Shown piece by piece: positions 11,018-22,508 of a DNA stretch of 64,000 nucleotides. Position 1 is the stretch's first letter; each line of letters starts with the position of its first letter. A program made the position numbers and the translations under genes. The notes beneath the pieces were generated by a model. It worked only from the letters and a program-made list of their open reading frames with translations, was not told the origin of the DNA and did no database searches. Location: the NCBI GenBank assembly GCA_051942245.1, contig JAVECL010000053.1, positions 1-64,000 of the forward strand, written 5' to 3'. The stretch is from Trypethelium eluteriae (Eukaryota).

Positions 11018-14000
11018 ATGCCCGCCAAAAGGGCCTTGAACTCGACGACAAATGCTCCTGACTCAAAAGCCCAGAGGGCCGACGGCTTTGACTCTGCCGC
11101 CGACTTTTCGGGGCCGGTGAAAGAGAAGTTATTGAAGTCACAGCGGACTGGGCAAGCTTGCGACCGGTGCAAGGTGAGCAGCGTTCTTTTTTTTTCCTTT
11201 TCCCTCCTTCCCACTTACGTCAGAAGAGCACGATTGGATGCATCTGCACATCACCCACAAAAGTGGAACAGACCTGCCTGCAGCGAAGTTCTCGAATTTC
11301 TGGGAAATAACCGCGCAAGACGACACGTGGAAAAACGTCTCAACGTCGTCTGCGACACCACCCTGTCGTTCCGGGGTATGCGAAACCATAGCGAAAGCTA
11401 ATCGTCACACCTGCAGGTCCGCAAAATCCGCTGTGATGGACGGCCAGGAGGTTGTTCGCCGTGTGTGCAAAACAATACCGAATGCAAGACTACCGATCGA
11501 ATTACTGGCCGTGCAACTTCGAGAGGATATACCGAAGGGCTCGAGCACGAGGTCCAGGTCCTTAGACAATCAGTTCAGGAGCTTCAACAGCAGCTTCATG
11601 ATGCTGGCATCGAAGCAAAGACGAGCTCTCTGGACAGCTATTTTCCAGCGGGCGGAACTTTCTCCGGACTCAATTGGACCACAGCATCGAACGCCGACCA
11701 AGCTCTATTGGAGGCAGGATCCTCGGCGAATAGTGGCCGACCGTACAGCGGCAGCAACGAAGGGTCGACGAGCTCGAGAGGAAGTCCTGTCAGTACTTTT
11801 CGAGCGTCTCTTCCCACCTTCAGACCCGGTCTCGTAGGCGACAACTACCTAGGTGTTTCATCAGCCAACACTCTAATAGGCTCCGCGCACGGGAATTCCC
11901 TCTCGGTCTTCGGGATGGAGATAGATCTGAATGACTTCATTCCTCATGAAGCCGACGACAACACTGACCCAATGTCGTACGCAGAATTTCTGACATGCTG
12001 CAGCCAACAAAGACCAGAATATGCCCAAGTACCTCTACCCCCCTACACCGAGTGTCGACAGTATGCTATCTGGTACTTGAAATCCATCAATCCCTTTTCC
12101 CCAGTCCTGCACAAGCCTGACTTCATAAGATTAGTAAGTCCCTCTCTTAACTTGGGATTTGCATACCTGCTCACGCATGGAAGATTGATAGAATTTATAA
12201 TGAAGGACATGAGCCTACTGCAGCGGAAGATGTCATGGTACACATGATGATTGCAATTCTGAAATTCCAATGGGCAAGCCGCAATTCCGACCGAATGGCA
12301 CTCGAAGAGTCTAATAACCATTATCGACATTCCGTGGGCCGGTTTATCGAGCTTGGAAGGGGCCATTTAATCGAGGACCTCCAAGCTGTAGCAATGATTT
12401 GCGTCCACATGCGTCTCTTTCCTAAACCGGGCGGAGCGTGGAGCGTATGTACTCTTGCATTGAGCATTTCAATTGAGATGGGACTACACCGCTCTGCCAA
12501 AGCCTGGTCGCCAACTACTCCAAAGACCGATGTTCTTCAGATTGAATTGAAGAAACGAATTTTTTGGACTATCTTAATGATGCAGGTCAACCTTGGAGGC
12601 AAACTTGGACGACCCATGTCACTGCGTCTAGAAGACATTGATGTGGAATTCCCGGAACCCATGAATGACAACCTTCCGGATGAACCCCCCAAATGCTCTT
12701 TCAAATTGGGCATACAGGCATTTCGATGCGCTTCGCTCTATCTGCGGATGTACAGTTCAATCTACACGATCAAGGCACCTCTACGGTCTTATGAGCCTGC
12801 GGTTCGTAAGCTTGAGCGAGAACTTCGCTACGCGTCCGATCAGACCCCTCCGGAGCTTCGAGACCCTGATCAAGCAGAGAACGAAGAAGTGGTTTTTGCA
12901 CATTATATAAAGATCTGGGAAAATGATATTGATCTTTCCATGCATCACCCAGCTTTGTGCAGGTCATCAAACAAAGAGCTAATGAGCAGCAATCTTGACC
13001 AATGCCTCCAAGCGGCGTCAGCAATCCTCCATCATGCTTATCAACTACATCGGGTACGTTCGCTTGACACAACCTGGATGACTGTCGCAACTTATGTCGC
13101 TGCCATATTCACAACCCTTTTTGCCTGGGCGGAGCGAATTGATCGCATGAACCACGAAGGCCTGAGAAAGCTGAGGAAGGACATGGTACAATGGCTTGAT
13201 ATCATTCACGACTGTGGCGTCTTCATGGGTATTTACCCCACGCTCTCCAGGCGTAGATCTACGCTAAGCTATCAATAGGTTCTGGGAAACGATTACAAGA
13301 TGCTCTGCGTCCTATCATCGATACAACATTAGCTTCTTTTGAGCAATCAGTTGCAGCCAAGAGCACATCGACGGCAGCCCTACCGCTCACAACAAACTCA
13401 CCACATGATATCAAGCGATCCCCCGACATCTACGACAATACCCAAACCTATAATGCATCCTACACAAACGTCCAATGCTCAGACGCTAATGTCTACCAAT
13501 CCTCATTGGCCGCCGATCCACTACCTCTGGAACAACATCAAACTTCTTATCCATCCGTGACCTCAACCCAATACGCTTACCCAGAACCGTCATCCTCGAC
13601 GATGGCATCATATCCATCAAACCCGACAGCCTTTGACTCCGTCCCATATCCAAACTCCGGCCTCCCATCCGAATCCGACCTTGCGCACGCAACCCGTGTC
13701 GCCAACGCCGCCGCCAGTGCCACCTCCCACACGCAGACTTCCCAATCTCACCTCCACCAGCAATCTCACCAGTCTACGACGCCCGACCCCTCCTACCAGC
13801 TCTACCAGCCCAGCCCATACACGCCGCAGCGCCACCACTCGACTCCGCAGCTCTCCCACCTCGCCTCTTCGCATCCGAACACCAGCGGTGCCCCTGCCGC
13901 CTGGCGCCACTTTGCCGAGGGCGTCATGGGCCACTTCGACACGCCCCCTCCACACCACGCATCCCCTGGTCCGAGTTACCACCAGGTGAGCGCCGCCGCG

Positions 14001-14210
14001 CTCATGGAGCTGCAGGGCGGCACGGATGGCAGTGGTAGTGGAGGTGGGATGCCGCGTTCGAGTGCGCCGGCGACAGAGACTGGGAACCGTCGTGGAGTGC
14101 AAGGAATGGGGATCGCGGGCCAGCAGGGAGGTCAGAGACAGCAGAGACCGCAGCAGCAGCAGCAAATTTGGCCATTGATGACGTATCAAATGGGCCATGG
14201 GGAGGGATAG
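11018..14210 (+). CDS. Zn(II)2Cys6 fungal transcription factor with middle homology region
   Basis: ACDRCK|VRKIRCDGRPGGCSPCVQNNTEC binuclear cluster spans intron 11174-11416. MHR motifs EMGLHR and ELKKRIFW...LGRP. Further introns at 12134-12183 and 13229-13278. Confidence 0.92.
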
Positions 14211-15163
14211 TCAGCAAATGTGTTGACGGAAGAGGAGCGCCATGTCATTTGTCGCGTCCGCTGTTAGGATGGAGACGGGACATGTATGATTATGAGGTGG
14301 CTGCTTGTGAATTTTGTTCTCCTTCTCACGTGTTCTTTTTCTTCTAGGCGTATATCATGCACATGAACCGGGGGCGCGTTTGTCAGCATTTCCTTTCGAG
14401 ATATCATTAGCGTTCTAGCGCTAGCGTCTGCTGCCTCCCAGTCTTCATACGTGCTGGAGGTTTTGAGTTAAAGATTATTACATCGGCGGGCGGGACGCAT
14501 GTGTCGTATCCAAGGGTGCAAGCAAGTATATAGAGAACCCGTCTCAAAACGATTCTCCTACCGAGATGGAGATCTTTCCTGTGCTTGATGCAGCCCACTT
14601 AGGAACCGTAGCTACGATATTATTGACTTCTTTTCGGGAGGACATGCTGGTTTCTGTCTAGCATTCCCCGCGTGCAAGGGGCCCTCAACCCACGACGTCG
14701 TCTCCACACCGTCCCCTGCTTTAGCCGCACACCCGCAGCACGATGATGTCGTTCTTGAAAAGACATTGAACGTTCTCTATCCTGAGCCTGGCTCTTACTG
14801 GCAATGATGTTAAGACACCTCTCGGCAATATGAAAACCTGGGCAATTACTAGGTGGACAATTTTGATCAACTTGTCCTTGATCTTCATAGAGATTGAAGG
14901 AATCAATATCGCGAAATGAGCTTGCCTCGAAGAATTCCGTCCCTTTCCATCTTTCAAAGTCTGATCTGCATCATACTTTCGAGCCTTACGCGATTCCCGG
15001 CTAGGTTCTCAGAAACCCCTCAGCAAATTCGTGTCATGAACCCCCGAGGCAATGACGGTGGGACTACTAAAGGTACCGAAGTAAAGATATGAGTAGGCCT
15101 TTTTTTTCTTCTCCTTTCCCATGGAGAAACACTATCTAGTAGGTCATTTCTAATATATCCACA

Positions 15164-16870
15164 ATGCATCTCTCTCGATCTTTATTGGGGAGCCTGCTGC
15201 TTTTCCCTCTTGCCTCCCTCAGCGAACCTGTCACCATCAACGTCGACGTGAACACCTCCCTCGGGCCTTATGTTCCGACCTACCGCTTTTTTGGCGCAGA
15301 TGAGCCTAATTATGCCTACTATCCAGACGGACAGGCACTCCTCCAGCAGCTCGGCTCGCTTGGGAACCAAACCTACTTCCGTACGCACAATCTGCTGACT
15401 ACTGGTCCGGGGTTTCCCTCCCTCAAATTCGGCAGCACAAATGCATACACCGAGTCCGCTGATGGTCAGCCGATTTATAACTGGACCATCGTCGACCGCA
15501 TCTTCGACGCGTACCTCGACGCGGGCGTGAAGCCGTACGTAGAGGTCGGCTTCATGCCGCTGGCGTTGTCGTCGCATCCGTATCCATATTTCTTTAACTT
15601 CACGCCCGAGTCGCCGTATAATGTCATCTACACCGGATGGTCGTATCCGCCGACGAGTTACACGAAGTGGGGGGAGCTGGTGTACCAGTGGGCACGGCAC
15701 GAGGTTGAGCGGTACGGAGAGGAAGAAGTGAATTCGTGGTATTGGGAGATATGGAATGAGCCGAACATCCAGTACTGGAACGGCACGGTAGACGGATTCT
15801 ACACGTTGCACGACTATGCGGTGGCGGGAGTGAAGCGTGCTCTGCCGTCTGCGAGGGTTGGAGGAGCGGAAGTAGCGGGAGGGGCCTCAGGAAGTTATTT
15901 AGGAGATTTTCTTAACCATGTGCTCAATGGGACCAACTACGCGACGAATGAGACGGGGACGCCGCTTGACTTCGTTTCTTTCCATGCAAAGGGCTCGCCG
16001 ACGTACGTCAATGACAGCGCAGCAAGTGGAGGAGGTTTCGTCCGAATGGGTATCGCCGCACAGCTTCAAAATATCGATTCCGCGTTCGAAGTTATCGCAT
16101 CGTATCCCACTGTTAAGGATAAACCGATTGTCATCGGCGAAGATGATCCTGATGGATGCGCAGCGTGTGTCACACCGCAGTATGGATACCGAAATGGGAT
16201 GCTGTATCCTAGCTGCAATGCTGCAGCGTTTGTGCGCGCGATGGACCTGTCTCTGAAATATGGAGTAAATTTGCAGGGCACACTGACATGGGCATTTGAA
16301 TATGACGACCATCCATACTTCGACGGATTGAGGGTCTTGAGTACAAACCAGGTCGACAAGCCCATCTTGAATGTCCATCGCATGTTCGGGAAGATAAATG
16401 GAGAGAGAGTGCAGGCTAATAGCACAGGACAACTTCAGCTCGAGAGTGTCATTGAGAACGGGATCAATGGGTCGAAGACGGACACGGGAGCACTGGCAAC
16501 TTTCAATCAGACCACGAATACGCTTTATACTTTCGTATGGCATTATCATGATGACGATCTGCCGAAGCCAGATTCGCAAGTCTCGGTCAATATCAGCGGA
16601 CTACCAGGCGCAATAGCAGGAAACTGCACAGCGAGACTGACACATTACCGAATTGACAATGCGCACAGCAACAGCTACCAAAAATGGTTGCAATTGGGTA
16701 GTCCTCAAAGCCCCACAGCCGAGCAGTATGCGGAGCTCAAGGAAGCTGGAATACTACGGACACTACAGGGCTCCGAGGGCATGACGGATGTCAAGATTGA
16801 TAATGGAGCTGCAAATATAGAATTCGCGCTACCCATACATGGGACCAGTCTACTTGTGCTGGAGATGTAA
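15164..16870 (+). CDS. Secreted glycoside hydrolase family 39 (beta-xylosidase/iduronidase-like)
   Basis: Intronless 568-aa ORF with a signal peptide, RFFGADEPNY, RTHNLL, acid/base WEIWNEPN and nucleophile region IVIGEDDPDGCAAC. Confidence 0.9.
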   Translation: MHLSRSLLGSLLLFPLASLSEPVTINVDVNTSLGPYVPTYRFFGADEPNYAYYPDGQALLQQLGSLGNQTYFRTHNLLTTGPGFPSLKFGSTNAYTESADGQPIYNWTIVDRIFDAYLDAGVKPYVEVGFMPLALSSHPYPYFFNFTPESPYNVIYTGWSYPPTSYTKWGELVYQWARHEVERYGEEEVNSWYWEIWNEPNIQYWNGTVDGFYTLHDYAVAGVKRALPSARVGGAEVAGGASGSYLGDFLNHVLNGTNYATNETGTPLDFVSFHAKGSPTYVNDSAASGGGFVRMGIAAQLQNIDSAFEVIASYPTVKDKPIVIGEDDPDGCAACVTPQYGYRNGMLYPSCNAAAFVRAMDLSLKYGVNLQGTLTWAFEYDDHPYFDGLRVLSTNQVDKPILNVHRMFGKINGERVQANSTGQLQLESVIENGINGSKTDTGALATFNQTTNTLYTFVWHYHDDDLPKPDSQVSVNISGLPGAIAGNCTARLTHYRIDNAHSNSYQKWLQLGSPQSPTAEQYAELKEAGILRTLQGSEGMTDVKIDNGAANIEFALPIHGTSLLVLEM

Positions 16871-17967
16871 GAGTCGGTTGCCGTCGAAGGTGACTGGGCA
16901 TAGTGCGTATATAGAGCTTGAAACGAGCTTGAAACGAGCTTTGAGGACGTTATAGCTTCAATATGACTTGTATTGTAGAAGTCAATCTGCATGCAAACTA
17001 GTTGCGTGTGTGACCATGATATCGAAAATGAAAAGTTCATAATAGGTCTTAGACTGAGCATTGCTGCCAAAAATTTTTAGGTCGTGAGTATTGTCATCCC
17101 CGTTGTACATTGTACATCCACATAGCCGAGACAGTCTCGGATGATATGTTTAATACCATTTTAAACGATTTCGAGATTTCCATAGACCAACCGGGGAATG
17201 GAGCTTAGTGGTGTTCCGACGGAGCGAGACGTTGAATGATAGTCCATCCAACAGAGGGGTCAGAGAGCTTTGATGTGGAGGTAGGCGTCGTCCTTCGCCA
17301 GGCACTGGCGAAACAGATATCAGGAGTGACCTTAGTCGCTGCTGGTAGCACACCTACGTTCGCATCCAAAGACAACAGTGTGGATGCTGACACATCTCAT
17401 CATCACGTTAGAGCGGACGTGCGGGTTCGCCTTACCTTAGGCAGGTACGGAGTACAGGAGCGATCAATAATGATGATTGTTCTACAGTTAGATAAGCTCT
17501 GAGAATGGGTTGTCAGAAGTACATATGTAAGGCGGCGGTCCGTAAGCCACCATGCATTGCATCGATTCAGAGTAATGCAGTCTTCAAATCTCCTCCTAAT
17601 GTGAATCCTCAACGGCAATCTCTTGCATGCGAAGGTACGGACGAACGTGCGACAGATTCTACTGTCTCCGATCGCGACAGTCGACAATTTAATAAAATTT
17701 GACCCTCTTGTCGATTTGTCCTGGTAAAGTAGGTACGAGGTGGAGACGGTTGCAGTGGCAGCACATACATGACGTCCTCGCAGTCCGCATTTCAGGGCGT
17801 CACCACTCCTTTGTGACTGGCCCATTTTCGGAGGAGGTTCCTCAAGGGGAAGGGACAGTCACGTGATATGGCTTTGAACCTCCAACCGACTCCACCGACT
17901 CGGTCAGACGGCACTTATCAACCACCGACAGAGAACTCACTCAGCATCTAATACGGCCAACCGCATC

Positions 17968-20895
17968 ATGGCCGAACCCCAGATCGATCCTCGTCTGGCA
18001 GGCAGTCCGGTCTCTGCTTCACCAAGGTACGAGAGCCCTCTTCTGCCCCCACCCAAGGACTGACCTGACCCTCTCGCTAGCTATCAACAGCCATCCTCCC
18101 ACCCCTACTACTCCACCTATCCCAGCGACAACAGCACTGTCCAGGATCATCCAACTGGCGGTACTGCTGCCAGTGGTGATAGTACGATTGCACAACTCAA
18201 CCAAGTCGCATATACCAACTCTCCAGGGAGCCATAGCGACGTCAATAGGTGAGTCGTCATACATGGTTCATGCTGCTATCGATTACGACGCTTTCTACCG
18301 AAGCTCCACCTTGCGTTCCATCTTTCCCCACAGAGACATGGCACCAGACTTTGACATTATGGAAATTTGATGGACTTTGCGTCAAGCTTGCAGCAACCAG
18401 TACGTTGATCTCAAAGTTAACATACACTAGCCCAGCTGGAGAAAATTCTGCAGACGCCAAGCGGCCCCGTGCATGCGATTCCTGCCGCAGTTTGAAGGTC
18501 AGATGCGATCAAGATGTCTCTGGAGACGCGTGTAAACGTTGTAGAAAAGCAGGAAGGCAATGCATCATATCAGAAGCAACCCGCAAGAGGACACGGAAAG
18601 CAGATTCGCGTGTGGCGGAATTGGAGAAGAAAATCGATGCGCTGACTGCGAGCTTACAAGCACAAGGTCAAGGCAAACGTGCTGATCAGCTTGTTCCGGG
18701 AGATTTTCCAGGGGGCTTCAGTGAAGCAGATAGACTCTACCGCTCGTCCACCGAAAATGGAAGAGGTCAGAAGCGCAGACGTACTGATGACAACTTCCAG
18801 ACTGAATCAGTGAGGAATGAACCGGTCACAACAGGGCCTTATGTGCAGCCAGGGAATCCTCTTCAGCAGGCGATAGATCCCGCCTTTTCCACAAGGACAA
18901 CTGTAGCTGAGTCGGAAGCAAGCGTTCACTATCCAGGACCCAGTGTCCCGTTCCTTGGCGGCGAGAAGCAACAGGACCAGCTCCGCGTCATTCAGCGCAT
19001 CGATCAGCTCGTTGATCGCGAGCAACAGAACCGTATCTTTACAAAGTATCACAAGGAGATGTCAATGCAAGTGCCGGCTGTGGTCTTTCCAGAGGAGACG
19101 GTCGCCGATGAAGTTCGTACCACCAGGCCTATTCTCTTCCTTTCGATCCTCAATGCAGGATCTGTAGGCATCCTAGCGTATGAGACGCAGGCCGAGATCA
19201 CCGAGGAACTCATTCAGACGTTAGCTACAGGCATCATCGTCAAGGGCGAAAAATCCTTAGAATTGGTTCAGGCGATCCAAATAGTGTGTTTTTGGTTCAA
19301 GCCACCTCCAAAGACCGATATGACAAACTATTACCAATTAATCCACCTTGCGGCTGTAATGGCCATCGATTTGGGACTCGGCAGACCGCAGAGTATTACA
19401 AGGACACGAATTCCTCACTATCGTCGAATTACCTACCCGAATTCTGAGACGCCGGAGTCACGTAGAGCTTGGCTTGGCTGCTATCTCCTTTGTGCTAGGT
19501 GAGAACATCGCGAATACATTTGCAGAGGGCACTGTTGACGAATATAGTACTTCTATGATCCTTCGTCGACCTAATCTCCTCAAGTGGGACAACTACGTCG
19601 AACAGTGCATTGAACTTCTTGAGGAGTCCCAGGACGCAGCACCTACGGATCCTTTGCTTTGTGCATTCATCAAGGTCCAACATATTTCCGAGACCATTGG
19701 TGTCGAATTTGGCATGAATGACCCCACTGCCCAGATCAGCATCAATGATCAGAAGGTCAAGTACCAGATTAATGAGTTTGAGCGGGAGCTAAAGCACTTC
19801 CGTCGCGAACGTCCAAAGGAGAGGTCCGCCCCTGCCCTTGAGCTATCCTACCATGTCTGCAATTTATACCTCCATGAGATCGTTATGCACGTCAATCACA
19901 ACATCGACGATTTTCGTGTTCCAGTTACCGAAGAATCTCTCAAAGGCGCGCTTAAGCCTGGCGAGAAACTTACACCGACTCAGATCAATGCCATCACCGA
20001 ATGCCAGAACGGTGCTTTTGGTATCCTGGATAGTTACTGCGGCATGCAATGGGAGACAGTCCGAAGTCTTCCCATGTTCCTCTATTTCGTCCGCATCGTT
20101 TATGCCTTTGTCATCCTCCTCAAGCTTTACTTCGCCGCCACAGACCCGGAGTCCGAGATCGGCAAGCTCATCGATCCCAAACGCCTCCGCATCGAAGAAT
20201 ATCTCGATAAAGTCAACGACCAAATCAAGCCCATCGCCACCTCCGAAACCTATCGACCGTACGCCAAAGTCCTCTTCATCCTCAATAAACTCCGCGAGTG
20301 GTACTACAAGCACAAAGAAGGTCTCCCCAAGGACACAACCACCACCAATGCCCAAGAACCTGCCCGCGCCCACGGTACCAACGATGCCCCCACGCAGCAA
20401 CAACAACAGAGCGCCTACAGCACGCAGCAGCCCGAATCCGGCCTCCAGCTCCTCAGCTCCGTCGCCACCTCGTCCTCCTCCGACCCCACTCCCCGCACCC
20501 AATCCACCTCCGTCCCAGCCTACAGCACCAGCATGCCGCCTCCGCGTCAGACCTGGCCAGCCGACCCCACTTGGCAGCAGAACGGCAACGGCGGTGCGGC
20601 TGCCACTGCCCCCAGCACCACCTTCCCTGGCGGGGTTCTCCCCAACGCCAACAGCTCCGTCCCGACCTCGCTCGCGCTGGATCCCGGCCTCGGCCTCATG
20701 AGCGACCCCGGCCAGCTGCAGTTCCCACCGGGCCTCATGGACTCGCTGTATGGGAATAATTGGGGGAGTGGCTTTGAGGAGAGTATGGATATGACGATGA
20801 ATAGTTGGATCGAGGATTGGGGCCGGAATCTGGAGTATGGTGGGGACGGGATGTGGCCGGCTGTGCCGGTGGAGGAGTCGGGGGGGAGGATGTGA
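17968..20895 (+). CDS. Zn(II)2Cys6 fungal transcription factor
   Basis: KRPRACDSCRSLKVRCDQDVSGDACKRCRKAGRQC cluster; MHR motifs AVMAIDLGL and ESRRAWLGCYLL. ATG 17968, with introns starting at about 18027, 18249 and 19499. Confidence 0.92.
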
Positions 20896-21530
20896 CGCTC
20901 GAGTATGTGTGTGTAGAGGGGAGAGGTGTGTTTTGGGGACGGGAAGAGAGGTCGGGAATGGTAGAGTGCCGGGTTGGTGTCAGTGGTCGCGTGGTTAGGA
21001 ACTGTGATATTGACGATTATGTGGTATGAAATCATGGAATAGGAAGTAACAAGCATATTGGTCCATTCGACTCATCTCAAATTTATAATCATTCCATTTA
21101 GCCAATAATGTGGTAAAGTAGGTAGTAGGTGCTCAAGTCAGTTGCGCGCGTCATGTGCCTTACATTTCGTTTGCGACATCATGCTGAAATGATAGTATGC
21201 GCCATACTCTAAGGTGTACATATTGATAGGTCTGGCTTCTCAACCATGGCTGTTTCAGATGCTAAGCAGATTGAACAACGAATCACAGCCATTCTTGCTC
21301 CCAGTCTTTAATTTCTTGAACTACCTCTCGACGAAACACTTGTAGCTAGTCGATCAAATCAACTTGCCAGATGAGACGGCTGCTCCGTGTGGTTTTCCTT
21401 CAGCTCACGGGTCTTTTTCGGTTATCGGTATGCCTTAAGAAACAGGTATTCACCCAGATGTTATGATCTAGGCGAGTAGCCACACAATACAAGTGGTATA
21501 ACACTTTGTATCGGGACGGCTGATGAAACT

Positions 21531-22508
21531 CTATTTCTTACTTGCTAGGACCAGTACGACAGGCCACGTAATTTTTCTGATCGCACCTTCTCCTCCCATC
21601 GCCTCCTCCAATTCCTGATACTTGGTCATCAACCTCTCATCTTCGATGTTTTTATCGAATGTTGGCAAATTAGCTAGAACGAACCGCCTCACACCTGTGA
21701 TGTCCCACTGCCTCTCCCAGAACGTCAGATCCTTCTTTTCTACCACTTTCTCCCCATCTCCAATTGCTGACGATGGTGTGATCTCAAAGTCGCACGCGTC
21801 CGGTCCATAGAATGGCATCGCGTACTCCGCATTCCATTTCCGCCGCTCTACATGCTGCCACACGTCGCTCTTGAACTCGACATCGTCGAAGAAACTCGCC
21901 ATCCGGTCCGTCCCGCGCTTGAACCCTGCCTTCTGTTGTGGCCCTCCACCCTTGATAATCTTTGCGAAGGCCGTGTCCAGGATCGACTCCAGAATCGGCT
22001 GACATTGGCGAGCGTATGCGGACTCCGCGAACACCGGTCGCCCGTAGAACCATATTGCGAGCGTACCATTCGGTCTTAGCATCCTGGCAAACGCCTGAGT
22101 CGTCTTCTCAGCGTCTAGGAGCGGGAAGCACTCGGCGGCGGTGATCAAGTCCACGCTATTAGGGGGAGTCGTCTCCTCAAGGCCTTCGGCAGAGCAATGT
22201 CTTAGATCCACCTTTTTCAATGTAACGAGAGAGCCAAGACGTTGCCGAGCAACGGCAAGATGGGTGTCATTGACGTCGCTGGCTATGACTTTATCGAAGT
22301 GTGTGGAGAGCTGCGCTGCTACTTGGCCTGGGCCTGTGGCCACATCGTGTGCGGTCTTCGTGAGACCAAGATGCGATTCATGGTAATCATAGATAGACTG
22401 GTAAAATGGTTGGTCGTAGTCTGGGCGGGCAGCAAGATAATTGTTCCAGTAGTCCTCGTCGTAGTTAGCGCGCTTGAAAAAGTTAGAGTTATCTTCAGCA
22501 GAGCACAT
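21531..22508 (-). CDS. Class I SAM-dependent methyltransferase (Tmt1/Crg1-like small-molecule MTase)
   Basis: Y..ARP.Y motif, motif I HDVATGPGQVA, VIASDV, SVDLITAAEC and LRPNGTLAIW. First ATG at 22508. Confidence 0.88.
   Translation of the reverse strand: MCSAEDNSNFFKRANYDEDYWNNYLAARPDYDQPFYQSIYDYHESHLGLTKTAHDVATGPGQVAAQLSTHFDKVIASDVNDTHLAVARQRLGSLVTLKKVDLRHCSAEGLEETTPPNSVDLITAAECFPLLDAEKTTQAFARMLRPNGTLAIWFYGRPVFAESAYARQCQPILESILDTAFAKIIKGGGPQQKAGFKRGTDRMASFFDDVEFKSDVWQHVERRKWNAEYAMPFYGPDACDFEITPSSAIGDGEKVVEKKDLTFWERQWDITGVRRFVLANLPTFDKNIEDERLMTKYQELEEAMGGEGAIRKITWPVVLVLASKK

Noticed and set aside
16914..16941. Tandem GAGCTTGAAAC repeat of about 2.5 copies
   Set aside because: Short slippage duplication in a 3' UTR; no spacers, so not CRISPR-like.
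17150..17500. Protein-like fragment between GH39 and the second TF
   Set aside because: No start context, splice support or recognisable motif.
19838..20759. Long alternative-frame and antisense ORFs inside GC-rich genes (also 13617-14198, 15182-16579, 42622-43299)
   Set aside because: Expected by-products of codon bias and GC skew within supported genes; no independent motifs.
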